A stretch of 58,316 bases of DNA from an uncultured Oligoflexus sp. (GTDB lineage Bacteria > Bdellovibrionota_B > Oligoflexia > Oligoflexales > Oligoflexaceae), in NCBI GenBank assembly GCA_964236955.1, contig CAXSGP010000016.1:1-58316 (forward strand). The letters are read 5' to 3'. Shown in pieces: positions 49,176 to 58,316 of this stretch (the first letter of the stretch is position 1; every line of letters starts with the position of its first letter). A program made the position numbers and the translations under genes. The notes beneath the pieces are model-generated. The model did not search any database. It saw nothing but the letters and a program-made list of their open reading frames with translations, and was not told where the DNA came from.

Positions 49176-49191
49176 AAAAGGTGGACCCTTG

Positions 49192-50592
49192 ATGAAAAGA
49201 CGTGATTTTTTAAGTCTGGGAGCTGGCCTGCCGCTTGCCAATATCATTTTTAATGGGAGTATATTTGCTCAGGAAGAAAGGCCGAAGCCCTCCCGCAATC
49301 GGTTTATTCTCTACATCCACATGGGCTCGGCCTGTGGAGTCAGCAGTGGATTGGTCCAGCCGCTTAAACCAGGGGACTGGCCTAAAGGCTTCTTTGAGCA
49401 GGGTAATATCGGTTCATCCATCAATCCCTTGCTTAATAAGCACATCGCAGGCAGCAATGGGATGGTGTTTCACGATTATAATAAATTTCTGGCGCCCATG
49501 AGCCAGGATATGTGCCTGGTCAATGGCAATTCACAGTCTCTTGATCATAACGTGGCGACTATCATCCAAAGGCGGGGCACGGCAAATACATCGGCTGCAC
49601 CTGAATGGCCTATGGCAGTCACCCAATTTATGAAGACCGAGACTCGCAAAAATCCTATGGTGATCACCTCGGGCGTTAAGACCATAAGTGTTCCCGATAT
49701 TACTCCGGTTCAAGCCAAGGATATAGTCGATTTCACGCGCATTACCAAAGACCTTGAATCGATACCCAAGGGGGCATCGTCGCCTTTTATCGATCTGCTC
49801 AAGAAGCGATTTGCCAATCTTCATCTCGGCAGCGTTATAAGCGATAAAAGCCTTTCATCTATTGCCGATTATCAACTCACGACACTGACTCAGGGCCTGA
49901 AGGAACTGAACGATGCCCAGCCCGACATCAAAGCTATCCGTGAGGCGCTGTCGATAGATGCGGTTAAGGTCCAGGTAAAGGATTGTATGGAAGCCAATGC
50001 CATTACTGCAATGGCGACCGATTCCATAAGAGAATCCCTGATACTTGCGGGCATCCTGGCCAAGACGGGTTTGGCCAACGGCTTCCATCTCAATGTTGCC
50101 GGCGAGGATCATCACCAGGGGGCTTGCGATGTCCTGACGCCGCGCAATATGGGGGGCGTTTGGGCTCTCATTTCCTTATTTTGGAAATGGGTGAACACAA
50201 ACAGTTTACAAGACGATGTTTTGATCGTAGTCAGCCACGATTTCTCGCGAACTCCCTATAATGGCAAAGTCATCGAAATCGATGCCTTGGATGCCAGTGG
50301 CAAGTCGCAGCGATTGAAGGCTCAAGGACGCGATCATTCTCTGGCGATGGGCATGATGTTTATTAATCCTGGCGTCCCTAAGGGTGGCCGCGTGGGCATG
50401 ATTGGCGAGAATATGGTTCCGCTTGCTACCAAGGATGCCCGGGGCACTATCCTATCCGAAGGCACAGCCTACACCTCAGAAAATATGGTGGGCAGCATGC
50501 TTATGAGAATCTTCCCCGAACTCTTCCCAACCGAACGCATGGTGCGTAAGCACTGGCCTGCCTTTAAGGAAATCGCGCCGATTCTCGCTTAG
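49192..50592 (+). CDS. Tat-exported DUF1501/DUF1552-like protein
   Basis: KRRDFLSLG twin-arginine signal; SHDFSRTP, GRDH motifs. Confidence 0.75.
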   Translation: MKRRDFLSLGAGLPLANIIFNGSIFAQEERPKPSRNRFILYIHMGSACGVSSGLVQPLKPGDWPKGFFEQGNIGSSINPLLNKHIAGSNGMVFHDYNKFLAPMSQDMCLVNGNSQSLDHNVATIIQRRGTANTSAAPEWPMAVTQFMKTETRKNPMVITSGVKTISVPDITPVQAKDIVDFTRITKDLESIPKGASSPFIDLLKKRFANLHLGSVISDKSLSSIADYQLTTLTQGLKELNDAQPDIKAIREALSIDAVKVQVKDCMEANAITAMATDSIRESLILAGILAKTGLANGFHLNVAGEDHHQGACDVLTPRNMGGVWALISLFWKWVNTNSLQDDVLIVVSHDFSRTPYNGKVIEIDALDASGKSQRLKAQGRDHSLAMGMMFINPGVPKGGRVGMIGENMVPLATKDARGTILSEGTAYTSENMVGSMLMRIFPELFPTERMVRKHWPAFKEIAPILA

Positions 50593-50852
50593 ATGTTCCC
50601 ACAATCATCCCAGGCTCTTCAGGTTGCGCTTTATCATTCCTGAAAGTCACTGGCAGGCCAAGTGTCGGACTGAGCAGCTGCGACCGTGCTGCTTCCCATC
50701 GAATATGGTCTTGGCCCCGCCTAGCTTCATGTTACGGATCACCTTGAAATCATTATTAAATCCTAAGTTTTTCATAGTTTATTTTAAAGGCAAAGATTGA
50801 AATGCCTCCTGGCGCGAATCGGCCTCCGTCTATCCCATTCAGAGCTTTACCC

Positions 50853-50894
50853 ATGAACCAAGCCAATGACCTTAAGGCCAATGACTTGGTTCAT
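50853..50894 (-). repeat. 42-bp imperfect palindrome at the globin stop codon (hairpin/terminator)
   Basis: ATGAACCAAGCCAATGACCTT|AAGGCCAATGACTTGGTTCAT; two of three mismatches are G-U on the minus strand. Confidence 0.75.
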
Positions 50895-51259
50895 TCCCGG
50901 CAGGAGCTATGATCTTTTAATATCAAGGGCTTGAGTTTATCTTCAAGGCTGAGCCAGGCTTCGATAAGCGCTTCTTCAAGCCCACATTCCTCCATCACCT
51001 CCATCAGGATGCGGCGCCGCCTTGCAAACTGTGGAGTTCGGATGGGCAGAGACTTATGCACGCTGGCCAAAGGCCGGCCCTGATAGGCGACGGGCCCACC
51101 CAACATTGCCGTGGAAAAATCCAACTGCTGTTTGAGGAGTTCGTCATGATTCTTGTCAAAGAAAAAGTGTGAGATCATCACATCGGAAAAACAGCGAAGA
51201 TAAAAAGTACTGAGAATCGTCGCGATTCTTTCGGCACCTATGGTTTCGTAGAGCGACAT
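50891..51259 (-). CDS. glbN: Group I truncated hemoglobin
   Basis: SLYETIG, FY, FF, LGGP..YQGR.L..VH. Confidence 0.88.
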   Translation of the reverse strand: MSLYETIGAERIATILSTFYLRCFSDVMISHFFFDKNHDELLKQQLDFSTAMLGGPVAYQGRPLASVHKSLPIRTPQFARRRRILMEVMEECGLEEALIEAWLSLEDKLKPLILKDHSSCRE

Positions 51260-51294
51260 CGGCAGATCCTTCCTTGTACCAGAAGGCTCGCCTC

Positions 51295-51882
51295 TTACTG
51301 GGCAGCCTTGGTCTCACGGATCGCGATCTTACCTTTTTCGCCCCTGGGAATCGAGTCTATTTCCACCAGGAGCTGGGGATAACCCTGCTTGTTCTTGAAT
51401 TCCTGCTTACCCTCGGCCTGAAGCATGTAGAGCTTTTTTGCGCCCTCGAGCTGGCCCTTGATCTCCATGCTGCCGACACCCTCTTCCAGCTCCTGACCTT
51501 CGCCGTAGCGTTTGTAGAAATGCACGGCCAGAGTCCACACTTTGGAATCATGCTCCCATTTGATAGGAACCGTTTCCACATGATAGTCGGCGACGTAGAA
51601 GTGATTGGTGCGATCGATGGTCGCTTTGAAATTATAGCGAACCGGGAGACGGGGCTTATGCTCCACGCGCCGAACACCCTCCTGATCCTTGACCATGATC
51701 GGCTCGAAAAGAGTCATTCTCAACGGTACCCGGACCCGCACGGAGCTGTCGTCGGCATGCACGTCAGTCAGCGATGAATCCCCCGTAACGAAACCAGAAA
51801 TATTACCTTTTTCAGTGGCCATCAAAGGATTACCAGCGAAGGCTCCCATGATCAGCAATGCCCTTAGCAATGGAGATACCAT
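51295..51882 (-). CDS. Secreted hypothetical protein
   Basis: Signal peptide, beta-rich mature part. Confidence 0.7.
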   Translation of the reverse strand: MVSPLLRALLIMGAFAGNPLMATEKGNISGFVTGDSSLTDVHADDSSVRVRVPLRMTLFEPIMVKDQEGVRRVEHKPRLPVRYNFKATIDRTNHFYVADYHVETVPIKWEHDSKVWTLAVHFYKRYGEGQELEEGVGSMEIKGQLEGAKKLYMLQAEGKQEFKNKQGYPQLLVEIDSIPRGEKGKIAIRETKAAQ

Positions 51883-52031
51883 ATCGTGTGCCTTTACCTT
51901 GTCTTCTGTCAGGTCTAAGATAATTAGAACGTCTTGCTCTACAAAGATTATACTATAAATTGTTTGCGGAGAATGCCCCCCTCAGGCTTTTTGCCCGAGG
52001 TCAACTTGCAATAATTCCTTGGATCAATAGA

Positions 52032-53402
52032 ATGCGCGCAAGATCTCTCCTACTTACCATTCCTACGATCTGGATCGTGAGCACGCTCTTCACCAAACTA
52101 AGCGGTCATCCGTGGACGAGCAATGGTGAAGCGGTGACCCGGGTCGGCGAGTGGATCGTCCGCTTTCAAAAAGATCAAAATCGACTTCCGGAATCCTTGG
52201 CCGAGGTCAGGCTCTATGCCTATTCTTTCGGTGAGAAACCCGATATCCACGATAGTTACGGAGAACGGTTTTTTTATCAGCCGCTGACGGAAGTGGCCTT
52301 CCTGGTAAAATCCTTTGGTCGTGATGCTACCGAAAACACGGTGCTGCGTAGTCATGATGAAAGCTACAGCCATGGGCTTGCCATACCGCCTCAGAGCGTC
52401 AAGGGATTGACGCCAAACGACAGCCGCCTGAATTTTTATCAAAGCTCTTTTCTCGAAGGCCTCCAGTCTCCTCGCGGCCCTTTGGTGGCTTCGCTTCAAA
52501 CCCGTTTCCACGGTCACTCAAAGCGGTTGCTGATTCAAAGCCGCGAGGATGCCCAGTTTTTTATGAGCTCAGTTCATGACAGCATCGATGAGTTCATCTG
52601 GATGCCGGGAGGGTATGAAATCATCTTCACCGCCCAAGGTTCGCAGCGCTATGAGGATGGAATCTACTACTGGAATCTGCGGGACAATGGTGTCAAAAAC
52701 CTTTTGCCAATGCTTAAGGAGAAGTTCTTCCCCAAGATGAAAGACGAGCAGAAGATGCTGATGAGTCTCTCGCACGTCAGCGAAAAGCCCGATTTTCTCT
52801 ATTTCTTTGCATTTCCCGCACCCGAGAGCGGCAGCCTCGATCCCATGGATTTCTATCGCTACAATAACTTTTATGCTCTCAATCCTTTGAATGACTATGG
52901 TCCCGACCGTATCGCTGCTGATAGAAATTTCTCTATTTTTGAATACTCAATCAATCCCAAGGCCCTGATCGATCTCAAGGCGGGCGGGACTTTGAGCAAG
53001 GTGCAAAAGGATTGGCTGGCCCTCTCCCTGAGCGGCGACAGGCAATCGGTCCTCGAGATGTGGCAGACTTTCTGCTCGACCCATTCCGAAAGTCCGGCCT
53101 TGCCCTATGCTCTTTGGTGGCTCGCATCCATCTATAATGACACCTACCGTGACCTGCTTAAGGAGCATGCGGAGAAGGCCCGTACTCTACGCAATTTCGG
53201 CCTCGAACTTGCCGATGCCCTAAGCCTTATACCCAGCGCCCCCCTTTATCTCAGAGAGTTTGCGGAACATATCAAAAAAAATCTTCTTCTTTCAAAAGCC
53301 GCAGACTACAATGTGACTTTGAAGGTTACAGAGTCGGATGAAGCCGCGTCGATCGAATCGAAAGAATCTGACGCGAGCAAAGGCGCGGGTCGAAAAGAAT
53401 AA
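52032..53402 (+). CDS. Membrane-anchored protein with GspG C-terminal-like domain
   Basis: N-terminal TM; F.KDQNRLPESL..DSYGERFFY...VKSFGRD resembles the T2SS-G D.WG..Y...S.G.D pattern. Confidence 0.6.
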   Translation: MRARSLLLTIPTIWIVSTLFTKLSGHPWTSNGEAVTRVGEWIVRFQKDQNRLPESLAEVRLYAYSFGEKPDIHDSYGERFFYQPLTEVAFLVKSFGRDATENTVLRSHDESYSHGLAIPPQSVKGLTPNDSRLNFYQSSFLEGLQSPRGPLVASLQTRFHGHSKRLLIQSREDAQFFMSSVHDSIDEFIWMPGGYEIIFTAQGSQRYEDGIYYWNLRDNGVKNLLPMLKEKFFPKMKDEQKMLMSLSHVSEKPDFLYFFAFPAPESGSLDPMDFYRYNNFYALNPLNDYGPDRIAADRNFSIFEYSINPKALIDLKAGGTLSKVQKDWLALSLSGDRQSVLEMWQTFCSTHSESPALPYALWWLASIYNDTYRDLLKEHAEKARTLRNFGLELADALSLIPSAPLYLREFAEHIKKNLLLSKAADYNVTLKVTESDEAASIESKESDASKGAGRKE

Positions 53403-53478
53403 AGCGTTTAGAGAGCAGTCCTTGCTAAAATCCTTCCGGCTCTCTATTCGGTCGAAAGACATTGATCAGGAGATATGC

Positions 53479-54594
53479 GTGCAGATAAAACCTCTTCTTT
53501 TACCTTCAAATGTCTATGCCATCGTACTAGCAGGAGGAAGTGGTACCCGCTTTTGGCCTAAATCCAGACACAGCCGCCCTAAACAACTTTGTCAGATCGG
53601 CGACATCGATTACACTATGATCGAGCTGACCTTGCGTCGCCTCGATGGTATGGTGCCACCCGATCGCCGGATTGTAGTTACCCATATCGACCAGCTCGCT
53701 GCCACCAAAGCGATCACTCAAGGACTCTGCGACCATTACCTGGCTGAACCCCTGGCCAAGAATACAGCGAATGCCTTAGCCCTTGCGGCTCTCGAAGTTC
53801 AGCAGATTGCCAAGCGAAATAATGTCGCGGATCCGATTATCCTTTCGCTTCATGCTGATGCCTTGATCAAACGTATGGATGTCTTTACAGGCACCATTCA
53901 AGCTATGGTTGCTTCGGCTCAAAATGGGAATCTCACCCTTCTCGGAATCACGCCGGAGTACCCCGAGACGGCCTACGGTTATATAGAAAAAGGCGCGGCT
54001 TTCGCCGATCTCAAGGCGACCTACAAGGTCACCAGCTTTCGCGAAAAGCCCGATGCCGCTCTCGCGACGCAATACATAGAGACCAAACGATTTCTATGGA
54101 ATTCAGGCATTTTCGCCTGGAAAGTAGCCACTATTCTCAATGAACTGCTTGAATTTTTACCCCAATCGGTCGCGGCCCTGACCGAGGTGCTGGGCAATCG
54201 CGACAGCTTTTCAAGACTAGCACCTGAGCAATTTGCGAGCACCTACGGCAGCCTTCAATCCATAGCGATCGATCCGGCCGTCCTCGAGAAAAGCCAGAAG
54301 GTGACCGTAGTCGAAGCTGATATTGGTTGGAAAGATGTCGGCAGCTGGGATGCTCTCACCCAAAGCTTCACACCCGATGACGATGGCAATCTCTTCTATG
54401 GCGAAATCGTCAATATCGGCTCGACGGGAACAACCGTAGATAGCGACGCGAAAATCGTGGCATGCTTAGGGCTCAAGGATATGATCGTCGTTTGTTCCGA
54501 AGGCGCAATACTCGTTTGCCATCGGGATCGAGCCCAGGATGTGAAATTTATAGTTGAAGAATTAAAAAAGCGTGGCAAGTCGGGTCTCGTCTAA
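53479..54594 (+). CDS. manC: Mannose-1-phosphate guanylyltransferase
   Basis: LAGGSGTRFWPKSR..PKQ, PET.YGYI, FREKP, WNSG, W.DVGSW; no PMI domain. Confidence 0.93.
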   Translation: MQIKPLLLPSNVYAIVLAGGSGTRFWPKSRHSRPKQLCQIGDIDYTMIELTLRRLDGMVPPDRRIVVTHIDQLAATKAITQGLCDHYLAEPLAKNTANALALAALEVQQIAKRNNVADPIILSLHADALIKRMDVFTGTIQAMVASAQNGNLTLLGITPEYPETAYGYIEKGAAFADLKATYKVTSFREKPDAALATQYIETKRFLWNSGIFAWKVATILNELLEFLPQSVAALTEVLGNRDSFSRLAPEQFASTYGSLQSIAIDPAVLEKSQKVTVVEADIGWKDVGSWDALTQSFTPDDDGNLFYGEIVNIGSTGTTVDSDAKIVACLGLKDMIVVCSEGAILVCHRDRAQDVKFIVEELKKRGKSGLV

Positions 54595-54617
54595 GACTTT
54601 GGGCCTTTCATCCGATG

Positions 54618-54658
54618 AAAAAAAGCGATCCTGGAATCACCTCCGGAATCGCTTTATT
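54618..54658. terminator. Bidirectional terminator
   Basis: AAAAAAGCGAT..GGA / TCC..ATCGCTTT between convergent genes. Confidence 0.65.
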
Positions 54659-54674
54659 CATGAGCTGAAGTATT

Positions 54675-55811
54675 CTAGAGAATTTTGTAGCTGTATATCG
54701 TTTTTAGCCCTGTTGAGAAATAAATTTCATCGTCCAAAACGAAAGGCTGTTTGGTCAGTACGCCTCCCAGATCATCGTGCCAGAGGAGCTTTCCGCCTGC
54801 CAACGACACTGCTGATATCCGGCCTTGGCTGCCACCGACGAATATCGCCTTTTCACCAACCGTCAGTGATTTAATCGATTGGCCAAGTTTGGTCTTCCAG
54901 AGTTGCCGCCCATTGCTGGCCTGTACAGCCAGCAGTTCGCCATTCATACTCGCGATATAAAGAGTTCCATCACGGTAAGCGGAGGTCGTAATGCTAGGGG
55001 CATTAACTTCCCAAAGCGTACCGTTGGGCTTCTGTTGTATATCGAGGCCAAAGACAAGACCATCATAACGGGTGGCATAGATCTGATTATTGCCAACCGC
55101 GATTTCACCGACAATATCTTTAAAGCGGAAATCGTCCCTGCCTGGACGCAGTCGCCAATTCTCCTTGCCGCTGGCAATGTGAATCGAACGTATATCCCCT
55201 TCAACGCTGCCTATAAAGACTTCATTGCCGACGACCTGAGGGGCAGCTCCGGTTCGTACCAAAAGATTGGGTGAACTCGCGGCATCATAGGCCCAAAGCG
55301 TTTGACCGCCTTGAAAATCGATCGAATAAAGCTTTTGATCCACTGTGTAGACCAGAAGTGAAGTCCCCGATAGGACGACTTTGGTTGCCACAAACTGGGT
55401 CAGATGATTTTCCCACACGGATTTACCGGTGTTTATATCAAGTTTCACCAATCGACCATCGCGTAGGGCTACAACTCCAAAGCCTCCAAACACTTCAACC
55501 GGCGCGGTTACTTCCGAAGTGGTTTCGAACCACCAAAGATGCTGCTTCTTTTTGAGGTCGTAAGCCGTGACCCAATGATTCTGATAGGAACCAATGATAG
55601 TCTGGGTCGACAGAGTCCAGCCAGCCTCATCGATTTCACCGATCGGTTTCGTGTTATCGAGAGCTTCATCGAACTTGATCATCCCCGTCCGAAATGGGCG
55701 ACAGTTGCCGCCCTCATCATCACAGCCTACCGTCGCCTCGTCTTTCGCTGTCGTGGCGCAAGCACCCGCCAGGAGTCCGGTCATCAGCAATGCCCAAAAA
55801 ATCTCTTTCAC
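54675..55811 (-). CDS. bamB: PQQ-repeat beta-propeller lipoprotein, BamB-like
   Basis: LAGAC lipobox; repeated A.D...G...W motifs; directly downstream of a YfgM-like gene. Confidence 0.75.
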   Translation of the reverse strand: MKEIFWALLMTGLLAGACATTAKDEATVGCDDEGGNCRPFRTGMIKFDEALDNTKPIGEIDEAGWTLSTQTIIGSYQNHWVTAYDLKKKQHLWWFETTSEVTAPVEVFGGFGVVALRDGRLVKLDINTGKSVWENHLTQFVATKVVLSGTSLLVYTVDQKLYSIDFQGGQTLWAYDAASSPNLLVRTGAAPQVVGNEVFIGSVEGDIRSIHIASGKENWRLRPGRDDFRFKDIVGEIAVGNNQIYATRYDGLVFGLDIQQKPNGTLWEVNAPSITTSAYRDGTLYIASMNGELLAVQASNGRQLWKTKLGQSIKSLTVGEKAIFVGGSQGRISAVSLAGGKLLWHDDLGGVLTKQPFVLDDEIYFSTGLKTIYSYKIL

Positions 55812-55826
55812 AATTGCCCCTTAAGA

Positions 55827-56636
55827 CTACGCAGGAATCAGGGCCAACAAGCCGCGAGCCCGTTCTGCTTCAGGACTTGTACCGTGATCGTTAACCAATT
55901 TTTCCAAGATGGTTTTAGCCGTAGGAAAGTCCTTTTTGAGGAACAAGGCCTGGCCCTTGGTAAGTAGAGCCTTAGGCTGAAGCTCCTGGCCGACGGCCGC
56001 GATAAGTTCATCCGAATGCTTCACCGCCGCATCAAAGTCGGCCTTGTCGATTTCTACAGAAATCAGCAGGAGCAGGCTTTGGCTATAAATAATCTTTTCA
56101 TTCTTGGAATCGGCGACGATAGCGTTGAGCTCGGTGCGGGCAGCATCCAGATCACCGCTATTCGCGACAAATGCTGCATGCTTCAAGCCTGCGGCCAGGC
56201 CTTCCGCTGCCTTGGGATTCGCTTTATAAAATTCCAGGTATTTGGCTGCCGACTCAGCGTGAAGCGGTTTCAGCTTCTTGATCTGATCATTGAGAGCTTT
56301 GATTTCGGGCGTTTCGGCAGGCGGTTGGCCTTCGGCAGCAGCGGGTTGTTTCAGCGCCAGTGCCTCCCTTTGTTTCTCCAGGACATCGCGCTGCTCGGAA
56401 AACTTCTTCATTTCCGCATCGTAGACGTGATCGACTTCCGAGATTGCCTTTTGAAGTTTTTCGTCCTTGGATTCTTTCAGGAATTTGATGGCGTAGCCAC
56501 CGACGAGAAGGGCAAGCAGGACCCCTCCGACTGCTAATAATGGTTTGGGATTACGCGCCAGCCGATCCATGACGCTATAAGCCTGGACCTGGAAAGCATC
56601 GGGCGCATCTAGGGTTTTGCTCTTATCGCTAGCCAT
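55827..56636 (-). CDS. YfgM-like TPR membrane protein
   Basis: Single N-terminal TM followed by TPR helices; upstream of the bamB-like gene as in yfgM-bamB. Confidence 0.75.
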   Translation of the reverse strand: MASDKSKTLDAPDAFQVQAYSVMDRLARNPKPLLAVGGVLLALLVGGYAIKFLKESKDEKLQKAISEVDHVYDAEMKKFSEQRDVLEKQREALALKQPAAAEGQPPAETPEIKALNDQIKKLKPLHAESAAKYLEFYKANPKAAEGLAAGLKHAAFVANSGDLDAARTELNAIVADSKNEKIIYSQSLLLLISVEIDKADFDAAVKHSDELIAAVGQELQPKALLTKGQALFLKKDFPTAKTILEKLVNDHGTSPEAERARGLLALIPA

Positions 56637-56829
56637 ATAGTCCTCTTGTTTCGGTCATATTTACGCATAAAAGCGCGATGTTGCAATCTGTGATAGTATA
56701 GATCTAATAGGCCTTTGCCTAGGAGAATTCAAGCGGTCCAAGCTTTCCAAGGCTGCCAGGGACCGAGCTTTAAAAGTCGGAATTACCTGGGCCATTTGGA
56801 TAAGGTTCCAGGATCTCGTAGAGGATTAC

Positions 56830-58316
56830 ATGGGTGCATCCGGACTTGGTTCCCTTTTGGTAAAAGAAGGATTTCTCACCGAGCAGGATAGGCTGACCAT
56901 TACCAAGACCTGTGGTCAGGGCAGCTGGGCCTTTGCCAAGAGTATTTTGGCTATTGGCCTCCTTGACGAGGACGAACTCGCAGCTTTTTTCGCGGAACGC
57001 ACACGCTATCAAATTGCTCCCCGTAATTTTCTCAATAATCTTGATGAATCGGCGGTTCATGCCCTGGACAAAAGACTGGTGTCCAAGCTCGAAGTCATTC
57101 CTCTCAAAAAAGCTCCAGGCAAAATAACGGTTGGTGTCGTGGATCCACTGGACCGAAGCACCCTCAAGCAGCTGGAATTTTTTACCGGATTGGAAGTGGA
57201 ACCCGTCGTTATTCCCCTTTCCCAGCTCTATGAGGGCCTGCTCCGTATCGATCCCGATTTCCGTCTGCAATCGACCGCCCTTACTCATTTTTTGCAAAAT
57301 CATGCTCAATCGGCTTGGGTGCGTCAACGCTTGGACACCGATACGGGCGAAGATACTCCAGTTGCCCTTCCCGTCCCCCTTGCCGCGCGGCCAAGCTCAC
57401 CTGATATCGAAGAGATGCATGATGATCCTGAGATCGAGGTGGTCGAGGACGACGAGATACCGGCGGTGGAGGCAGACGGTTTCATCGATCCCTTCGGCGG
57501 CGTCTCTCAAAACGAGGACGATGCAGCCATTGAAGACGACCTTGGCGAAGAAATTTTCGAACGTAGCGCAACCCAAAGCGATGATATTCTCGAAATGATC
57601 GACGAAGAGGGAGACGAAAACGGAGATAAAAGATCAGCCAGCCGGGCTTCACCGATAAGAGAGCGCCTCGCTGCTACCATCGCCAGCTTTGACTCGGATC
57701 TGGACCTCCTCATGGCCGGCCAAGAAAGCAGCGAGGCAGTCAAAATCGAAGAAATGGCTGAGGACGACGCTAAGCTCGCCATCGATGGTTCCACCGCCAT
57801 AGCCTTTGATACCGATGCTGAATTTAATAGGGAATGGCCAGCCGATGGCGAACAAATGAACCCCTCTGACCCCTTTGATAGCGAAGCTGCCTTGAACGCT
57901 GAAGGACCCGCTCTTGAGGCAACAGGAGCGGCCTCCGATCCCTTCGATATCGACGAGACCTTGAACACTGAGGAATCAAAAGAGGATGAAAGACTAGGCG
58001 CCTTGAAGCACTTTGATTCCGGAATCCGGGCCGCCAGTGGCGCGGCGGCGGCCGGTGAGTTGAAAGCGGCCTTCGATCCGCTCGATGCTCTCTCGGAAGG
58101 GGGCGACAACCACTTAGCAGCCGAAATAGATGATGCAAAAGCAGAAGAAGCCATAACCGATGGTTTTGATAGCTTTGCCGATGAAAACGAGGAAACCAAG
58201 GTGCCCGTCACGTCTGGGCCAGGGTTTGGTAAAAGCGATGGCGCTAACATTGCCGGCTTCGAGGTTCGGCATGAAAACGATGATATGGGTTTTGACCGGG
58301 ACGATGATACCTTCGA
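56830..58316 (+). CDS. GspE/PilB N-terminal (MshEN/T2SSE_N) domain protein with long acidic region; partial, runs off the window
   Basis: Not in the ORF track. GAGGA SD, ATG at 56830: MGASGLGSLLVKEGFL...GLLDEDEL...VIPL...VGVVDPLD...LEFFTGLEVEPVV, then D/E-rich sequence; I saw no in-frame stop. Confidence 0.85.
   Translation, partial: MGASGLGSLLVKEGFLTEQDRLTITKTCGQGSWAFAKSILAIGLLDEDELAAFFAERTRYQIAPRNFLNNLDESAVHALDKRLVSKLEVIPLKKAPGKITVGVVDPLDRSTLKQLEFFTGLEVEPVVIPLSQLYEGLLRIDPDFRLQSTALTHFLQNHAQSAWVRQRLDTDTGEDTPVALPVPLAARPSSPDIEEMHDDPEIEVVEDDEIPAVEADGFIDPFGGVSQNEDDAAIEDDLGEEIFERSATQSDDILEMIDEEGDENGDKRSASRASPIRERLAATIASFDSDLDLLMAGQESSEAVKIEEMAEDDAKLAIDGSTAIAFDTDAEFNREWPADGEQMNPSDPFDSEAALNAEGPALEATGAASDPFDIDETLNTEESKEDERLGALKHFDSGIRAASGAAAAGELKAAFDPLDALSEGGDNHLAAEIDDAKAEEAITDGFDSFADENEETKVPVTSGPGFGKSDGANIAGFEVRHENDDMGFDRDDDTF

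Noticed and set aside
56770..58250. Minus-strand ORFs 56770-57327 and 57507-58250
   Set aside because: Antisense shadows of the + strand MshEN/acidic gene
1..58316. CRISPR arrays, transposases, integrases, prophage genes, rRNA
   Set aside because: None seen by eye; the remaining short ORFs in the track are antisense or out-of-frame shadows of real genes

Overview
Bacterial chromosomal segment, roughly 50% GC by eye. Gene content points to Bdellovibrionota, probably Oligoflexia (inference): TIGR02266-type PilZ, MshEN-domain protein, GC-type C-terminal sorting tail, DUF1501-type operon, recurrent FliA-like promoters. About 17-58 kb is mostly housekeeping (fba, nadE, argS, comM, tyrA, fabR, bolA, rdgB, mlaE, leuS, tatD, mltG, rnc, der, manC, bamB/yfgM-like) with scattered secreted proteins. 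About 0.6-16.5 kb is accessory-looking and lies next to tRNA-Arg(TCT). It holds SRAP, PA14 and DPBB lipoproteins, a pectinacetylesterase-family protein and an ice-binding protein. The standout is a tightly coupled four-gene operon at 5687-12562. It encodes a coiled-coil + tandem-OB protein resembling the N-domain of the proteasomal ATPase ARC/Mpa without the AAA domain, a MotA, a MotB, and a 1446-aa UPF1-like SF1 helicase with possible PUR-like N-terminal repeats and a degenerate C-terminal nuclease fold. A NERD nuclease gene is transcribed divergently from it. The logic is Zorya-like (stator + helicase/nuclease) but the parts match no Zorya type I know, so it is the best candidate for an undescribed system. 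All family calls come from motif reading only; no searches were run.
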